A stretch of DNA of 63,227 nucleotides, the filler included, from Octopus bimaculoides (taxonomy: Eukaryota): assembly GCF_001194135.2 (NCBI RefSeq). It is 4 parts of 4 records of this genome, joined end to end, with 100 filler letters (N's around TTAATTAATTAA, not from the genome) between each part and the next. Parts side by side here need not be neighbours in the genome. Positions count along the whole stretch, not along the records: positions 56,745 to 63,227 come from NC_068988.1; 3 more parts are not named here. One strand, written 5' to 3'. Positions 62,235-63,227 of this stretch are shown piece after piece; position 1 is the first letter of the stretch, and the number at the start of each line of letters is the position of its first letter. The translations under genes were made by a program, and so were the position numbers. The notes beneath the pieces are model-generated. The model ran no database searches and was not told where the DNA came from. It was given only the letters and a program-made list of their open reading frames with translations.

Positions 62235-62710
62235 TGACCCTTCTTTTTTGGGCGGCCGTTGTGCGTGCAACATCGTTATTTCTCCCTGTGCCTGTGAAAT
62301 CTTGTATCCCGGCTGTAACGCCTTATTTCCATATACACCAGCTTAATTTTATTCGTCCTTAGTCGAAAGACATATGTTGGTTTGTCCTGTTATTATGCCT
62401 TCTGTATTTGTACTACAGTATTTGTGTAACATTGTTCGTTTATTTTCTGTCCTTGTGTTTGTATACATTCGCTGCTTTCTTCCAAGGAATCTAATTCTCT
62501 TAGCTTAGTTTTTCCTTGGGGCTGGCCAGATTGGAGCAATATCGAGAATAAACAGCTGAAATTGCAAAGATAATCTGGATCTCGACTGAAAAGAGAAAAC
62601 TCCGAATGACCTGTCCGTGTTTTCTCTGTATCATGTATCTGAATGTTTTGTCCCTCTCTTGAATCACCTAATTGTCTTGATGTTTTGCGTTCTTGTCCCA
62701 TTCTGTATTA

Positions 62711-62715
<5 letters not shown>
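62235..62715 (+). repeat. Dispersed repeat, probably a PLE terminal repeat, with a hammerhead-like relic at about 62586-62606
   Basis: Has CTGAAAA GAG AAAA CTC CGAA followed by a T-rich tail. The class assignment is inference. Confidence 0.35.
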
Positions 62716-62772
<57 letters not shown>

Positions 62773-62807
62773 TGTGTGTGTGTGTGTGTGTCCGTGTGTG
62801 TGTGTGT

Positions 62808-62952
62808 GTGGCAAGTTCGTTTCAGTTTCCGTCTACCAAATCCACTGATAAAGCTTCGGTCGGTCCGAGGCTATTGCAGAAGGCACTTGCCTAAAGTGTC
62901 ACGCTGTGGAAATGAAACCTGAACAATGTGTTTGAGAAGCAAGCTTCTTACC
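62808..62952 (-). mobile_element. SINE family 1, 5' half
   Basis: TTTCAGTTTCCGTCTACCAAATCCACT...GCACTTGCC.AAAGTG.CACGC...GAAGCAAGCTTCTTACC. Confidence 0.85.
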
Positions 62953-63227
62953 TCTAGTCACATCTACACATACATAAACACAAACATGCACACACACATG
63001 CACACACACACATGCACACACACATGCACACACACATGCACACACACATATATATGTTAGGATAAATTCCAGCTTCCTCCTCTTGGAGCACATCTGCTTA
63101 TTCCAATATTACAATCGGTATGTATCGATAGCTGTTGCAGCTTGTGAGTCAAAATACATATCAAAATTGAGAATTATGGAAAAACTATGTGTTTTTAACC
63201 AGGTAATATATGCTAATATATTTACAT

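Overview
AT-rich, microsatellite-dense eukaryotic genomic DNA from a gapped draft assembly. The SINE and LINE families look like those of an octopus/cephalopod genome; this is from recall and unverified by search. I found no convincing host-gene exon, rRNA, tRNA or CRISPR array. Almost all ORFs in the track are microsatellite or N-gap artefacts, or decayed transposon frames. The window holds remnants of RTE-clade LINEs (one near full length), a Tx1/L1-like LINE, R4/Dong-like and HERO-like LINE fragments, three Tc1/mariner remnants, two tRNA-derived SINE families, and many fragments of Penelope-like elements (PLEs: RT, GIY-YIG endonuclease, terminal repeats). The main signal the ORF track misses is RNA structure. 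Several PLE terminal repeats contain type I hammerhead ribozyme motifs, from apparently several different families. They include a core-intact copy in a 253-bp head-to-head palindrome (5212-5464), a 36-nt minimal form whose core reads CUGUNGAA (47963-47998, also seen in two decayed paralogues), forms with an extra core nucleotide, and forms with very long stem II. PLE hammerheads are a known class. Whether these variants are new or active cannot be settled without database searches and cleavage assays.
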